64,000 nt of DNA from Chthoniobacteraceae bacterium (GTDB lineage Bacteria; Verrucomicrobiota; Verrucomicrobiia; Chthoniobacterales; Chthoniobacteraceae). The stretch is taken from NCBI GenBank assembly GCA_037190965.1, contig JBBCKI010000072.1, positions 32,001-96,000 on the forward strand. The letters are read 5' to 3'. The position numbers were made by a program, and so were the translations under genes. Under the pieces are notes generated by a model that was not told where the DNA came from, made no database searches, and was given only the letters and a program-made list of their open reading frames with translations. Below are positions 60,524 through 64,000 of the stretch, piece by piece (position 1 is the stretch's first letter; each line of letters starts with the position of its first letter).

Positions 60524-61369
60524 CTACACCAACTCTTCCAAAAACTTCCGCCCGTCGAACGGCTCCAACTGCTCCAGCTTCTCCCCGCGCCCAATGAACC
60601 GGGTCGGTAGCCCCAGTTCATTCTGGATCGCGATGACAGTGCCTCCTTTGCCGCTGCCGTCGAGCTTGGTGACGATCACACCGGTAAGGCCTATCGCCTG
60701 GTTGAACTCCCGCGCTTGTTGAAGGGCGTTGCTGCCGGTGGTGGCGTCGACGACGATCCAGACTTCGTGCGGCGCGGTTTCGTCGTGCTTTGCGAAGATG
60801 CGCTTCACTTTGTTGAGTTCCGCCATCAGGTTCTGCTTGGTGTGCAGGCGGCCTGCGGTGTCGCAGATGAGAAATTCGATGTTCTTGCGCGCTGCGGACG
60901 AGTAGGCGTCGTAGCAGAGCGCGGCGGGGTCGGCGTTGTATTGCCCCTTGATCATCTCCACGCCGATTCGCTCCGCCCAGACGCCGAGCTGCTCGATGGC
61001 GGCGGCGCGGAAGGTGTCGGCAGCGGCGAGCATGACGCTGTGCCGGCGGGACTTGAGGTAATGCGCCAGTTTGGCGGTGCTGGTGGTCTTGCCGGTGCCG
61101 TTGACGCCGACCATCAGGATAACTTTTGGCTTGGCGGGGAAGGGGCGTAGCGGCGGGTTGTCGAGCGGCAGGACCTTGGCGATCTCGGCACGGGCCACTT
61201 CCACCACATCGTCGGCGGTGACTTTCTCGCGGGCTTGCAGCGCCGTGAGAATCTTCATCGTCATCGGTACGCCGAGATCGGAGCGGATGAGCGTTTCTTC
61301 CAGTTCGTCCCAGTCCACCGGCTTCCCGGTGAATTTCTGGAGGATGTTTTTGAAGAACCCGAATGCCAT
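60524..61369 (-). CDS. ftsY: SRP receptor FtsY
   Basis: GVNGTGKTTS, DTFRAAA, DTAGR and TKLDGSGKGG motifs. Confidence 0.97.
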   Translation of the reverse strand: MAFGFFKNILQKFTGKPVDWDELEETLIRSDLGVPMTMKILTALQAREKVTADDVVEVARAEIAKVLPLDNPPLRPFPAKPKVILMVGVNGTGKTTSTAKLAHYLKSRRHSVMLAAADTFRAAAIEQLGVWAERIGVEMIKGQYNADPAALCYDAYSSAARKNIEFLICDTAGRLHTKQNLMAELNKVKRIFAKHDETAPHEVWIVVDATTGSNALQQAREFNQAIGLTGVIVTKLDGSGKGGTVIAIQNELGLPTRFIGRGEKLEQLEPFDGRKFLEELV

Positions 61370-61377
61370 GGTGAAAA

Positions 61378-61827
61378 TCAGGCCGAGGCCGAACCGCCGC
61401 CTGTTCTGGCAGCGCGAGAAGGGCGAGGGAGGTCGGCGCGAATGCGGTCGAGGACACCGTTTACAAACCGGCCCGAATCCTCGGAGCCGAACCGCTTGGC
61501 GATCTCAATGGCCTCGTTGATGGAGACGACAGGGGGCACTTCAGGGCAGAAGAGCATCTCGTAAATGGCGATGCGGAGAATGTTGCGGTCGACGGCGGCG
61601 ATCCGGTGGAGATCGTAGTTCGAGGCCGATTTGCGGATGCGCTCATCGATGGCTTCCTGATTGGCCAACACCCCTTCGGCGAGATTGGTGCCAAACTCCC
61701 GAACTTTCTTATTCGCTGGGCGCAAATCCCAGAAGCCCTCGACGGAACCGGCGTTGATGTTTCCGTTAAGATCGCGTTGATAAAGAAACTGAACGGCCGC
61801 TTCGCGGCCTTCTCGGCGTGCTCCCAT
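61378..61827 (-). CDS. nusB: Transcription antitermination factor NusB
   Basis: RREGREAAVQFLY, DRNILR, INEAIEIAK and FVNGVLD motifs. Confidence 0.96.
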   Translation of the reverse strand: MGARREGREAAVQFLYQRDLNGNINAGSVEGFWDLRPANKKVREFGTNLAEGVLANQEAIDERIRKSASNYDLHRIAAVDRNILRIAIYEMLFCPEVPPVVSINEAIEIAKRFGSEDSGRFVNGVLDRIRADLPRPSRAARTGGGSASA

Positions 61828-61933
61828 GATTAAAATTTTGTCACTCGTTTTGAGTTCGGTAAGAGGTCAAAGATCGGCTCGAAACCGGGCGCGGGCGCGC
61901 GGCATGAGGATAAATGTTCTGGAAATCGGCGGA

Positions 61934-62425
61934 TTAAGACTCGGGATAACGTTGCTTGATATCCCCGATGACTTGGGTGATCCGCACCGCGGCCCGGGCG
62001 GCTTCCGTTCCCCGATTGAGTTCGGCGCAAAGGGTACGGGCACGCGCTTGCTCTTCATTTTTGACGAGGAGAACCTCATGAATGACGGGAGTGCGGAAAC
62101 GGAGAGCGATGTCCTGGATCGCGTTGGTCACCGACTGGCCGATCAACTCGGCATGCGCGGTTTCCCCCTCGATGATGACGCCAAGGGCGATCAGGGCGTC
62201 CATCCCGCCGCGATGAGCAAGTTCCTGCAAAACCACGGGAATTTCAAATGCCCCGGGGACTTCAAAGAGGGTGACCTGGACATTCGGAATGAGGACTTCA
62301 AGCTCGGCGCGGGTGGCCGCGACAAGGCCCTGGACGTATTCCGGATTGTACTGGCTTGCGACAATGCCGAACGACTTCCTCTGGAACGGCGCGAAACGCG
62401 GGCGATTGGGGATGATGTTCGACAT
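61934..62425 (-). CDS. ribH: 6,7-dimethyl-8-ribityllumazine synthase
   Basis: VPGAFEIP and LGVIIEGETAH motifs; located between ribBA and nusB. Confidence 0.93.
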   Translation of the reverse strand: MSNIIPNRPRFAPFQRKSFGIVASQYNPEYVQGLVAATRAELEVLIPNVQVTLFEVPGAFEIPVVLQELAHRGGMDALIALGVIIEGETAHAELIGQSVTNAIQDIALRFRTPVIHEVLLVKNEEQARARTLCAELNRGTEAARAAVRITQVIGDIKQRYPES

Positions 62426-62502
62426 AGGTTTGAAAGTGGTTAAAGCGGCCCGACTTTAGAGAAGTCGCTGGAATCTGCAAGCACCGCCAAAGATAAAAAT
62501 GA

Positions 62503-63702
62503 TTAAAGAAGATGCCCCATTTTGAGCCGTTTGGTCTCCAAATATTTGGCATTGTGGGGGTTTGCGGGCGTGCGGATCGGGACGATCTCGACGATCTCCA
62601 GCCCGTATGCCTCCAGCCCGATGACCTTTTTTGGATTATTGGAGAGAAAACGCATCTTCCTCACGCCGAGGTCGGCGAGAATCTGCGCACCGAGGCCGTA
62701 CTCGCGCAATTCGGCGGGGAAACCGAGGCGTTCGTTTGCCTCCACGGTGTCGAGCCCTTCTTCCTGGAGTTTGTAGGCGTGAATCTTTGCGGGCAGCCCG
62801 ATGCCGCGCCCTTCCTGCCTCATGTAAACAAGAATGCCGCTCTCAGCCTTCTCAATCTGTTGCAACGCCGCATGGAGTTGCGGCCCGCAGTCGCATCGCA
62901 TCGAGCCGAAAACGTCGCCGGTGAGGCATTCGCTGTGAACGCGCACGAGAGTGGGCTCGGTTTCCGAAATCTCGCCTTTGACGAGTGCCAGGTGGTGCGC
63001 TCCGTCGATGACCGAGCGGTACATGTGGAGCTGGAAATCGCCGTAGTCGGTCGGGAGATTGATGACCTGCTCGCGCTCGATCAGCTTTTCCTCCTTGCGG
63101 CGGTAGGCGATGAGGTCGCTGATCGTGCCGATCTTGAGGCCATGTTTTTCCTTGAACTTCAACAGTTCGGGCAGGCGGGCCATGGTTCCGTCATCGTGCA
63201 GAATCTCGCAGATGACCCCGGCGGGCTGAAGTCCCGCGAGGCGGGCGAGATCGACGGCGGCTTCGGTGTGGCCCGCACGCTGGAGCACCCCGCCGCCCTT
63301 GGCCTTGAGCGGGAAAACGTGGCCGGGCTGGACGAGATCGGTCGGTTTGGCCGCTGGATCGACAAGGATGCGGATCGTGGCCGCGCGGTCGACGGCGCTG
63401 ATTCCGGTGCCAATGCCGTGCGCGGCGTCCACCGAGACGGTGAAATCGGTCTTCTGGCTTTCACGATTTTCCAGCACCATGCGCTGGAGGCCAAGTTGTT
63501 CCGCGCGGCGGGCGGTGAGGGGGGTGCAGATCAACCCGCGCCCGTGCATCGCCATGAAGTTGACGGCTTCGGGCGTGACTTTTTCGGCTGCCATCAGGAG
63601 GTCGCCCTCGTTCTCGCGGTCGGCGTCGTCGGTAATGATGACCATCTTCCCGGCGCGGATGTCGGCAAGCACCTCTTCGATCGTATTAAACTGAATCTCC
63701 AT
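62503..63702 (-). CDS. ribBA: Bifunctional DHBP synthase / GTP cyclohydrolase II
   Basis: [29 protein letters not shown] and QEGRGIG motifs. Confidence 0.97.
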   Translation of the reverse strand: MEIQFNTIEEVLADIRAGKMVIITDDADRENEGDLLMAAEKVTPEAVNFMAMHGRGLICTPLTARRAEQLGLQRMVLENRESQKTDFTVSVDAAHGIGTGISAVDRAATIRILVDPAAKPTDLVQPGHVFPLKAKGGGVLQRAGHTEAAVDLARLAGLQPAGVICEILHDDGTMARLPELLKFKEKHGLKIGTISDLIAYRRKEEKLIEREQVINLPTDYGDFQLHMYRSVIDGAHHLALVKGEISETEPTLVRVHSECLTGDVFGSMRCDCGPQLHAALQQIEKAESGILVYMRQEGRGIGLPAKIHAYKLQEEGLDTVEANERLGFPAELREYGLGAQILADLGVRKMRFLSNNPKKVIGLEAYGLEIVEIVPIRTPANPHNAKYLETKRLKMGHLL

Positions 63703-63761
63703 CGGAATCTCTATTGATAGGCCGGAAAGGGCGGGCTTGCACGTAATTCCGGCAGTTTGCG

Positions 63762-64000
63762 CTAAAACCCCGGGGGGCGATGAAAGGTGAGGAGCGGTTC
63801 GCCGGGGAGATGACCTCCCGGATAGTGCCTCGGCAGCCCGAAAAAGGCGGCAAGGGTGGCGGCGACGTCGGTGAAGCTCTCGCGAATTCCCAGCGGGCCG
63901 GTGCGCCCGTCGTAATGCGCGAGGATGGGGACTTCCTCCCGGGTGTGATCGGAGCCGGGCAGGGTGGGGTCGTTGCCGTGATCCGAGGTGATGAGAATGA
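63762..64000 (-). CDS. deoB: Phosphopentomutase, C-terminal part (gene starts beyond the window)
   Basis: Manual translation [24 protein letters not shown]...DVAATLA; not in the ORF track. Confidence 0.88.
   Translation of the reverse strand, partial: ILITSDHGNDPTLPGSDHTREEVPILAHYDGRTGPLGIRESFTDVAATLAAFFGLPRHYPGGHLPGEPLLTFHRPPGF

Overview
A GC-rich bacterial chromosome segment. A PEP-CTERM protein, a PATR autotransporter and a GntR/LacI hybrid regulator suggest Verrucomicrobiota (inference). Most genes are housekeeping or metabolic: tmk-holB, fabG-sixA-pgl-galK-cysE, a cysteine desulfurase, purU, ppk1, nadE, a pilMNOP-like cluster, an ABC-F ATPase, panD, mpaA with an Ala-Glu epimerase, a sugar ABC transporter with GH43, ftsY-nusB-ribH-ribBA and the end of deoB. 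I saw no rRNA, tRNA, CRISPR array, integrase or transposase. The most notable observations are: (1) an intact podovirus-type portal-like gene with a small coupled partner, alone among host genes (27640-29861); (2) a switch-like structured 5' leader able to sequester the ribosome-binding site of an ankyrin gene (46797-46920); (3) a highly structured 500-bp gap between convergent genes, a candidate ncRNA (9557-9960); (4) a coiled-coil plus winged-helix protein resembling Rok/H-NS, next to a 184-nt fold-back element; (5) several MITE/REP-like inverted-repeat elements; (6) an AT-richer gene split by one in-frame TGA. All calls come from reading motifs by eye; no database search was run.
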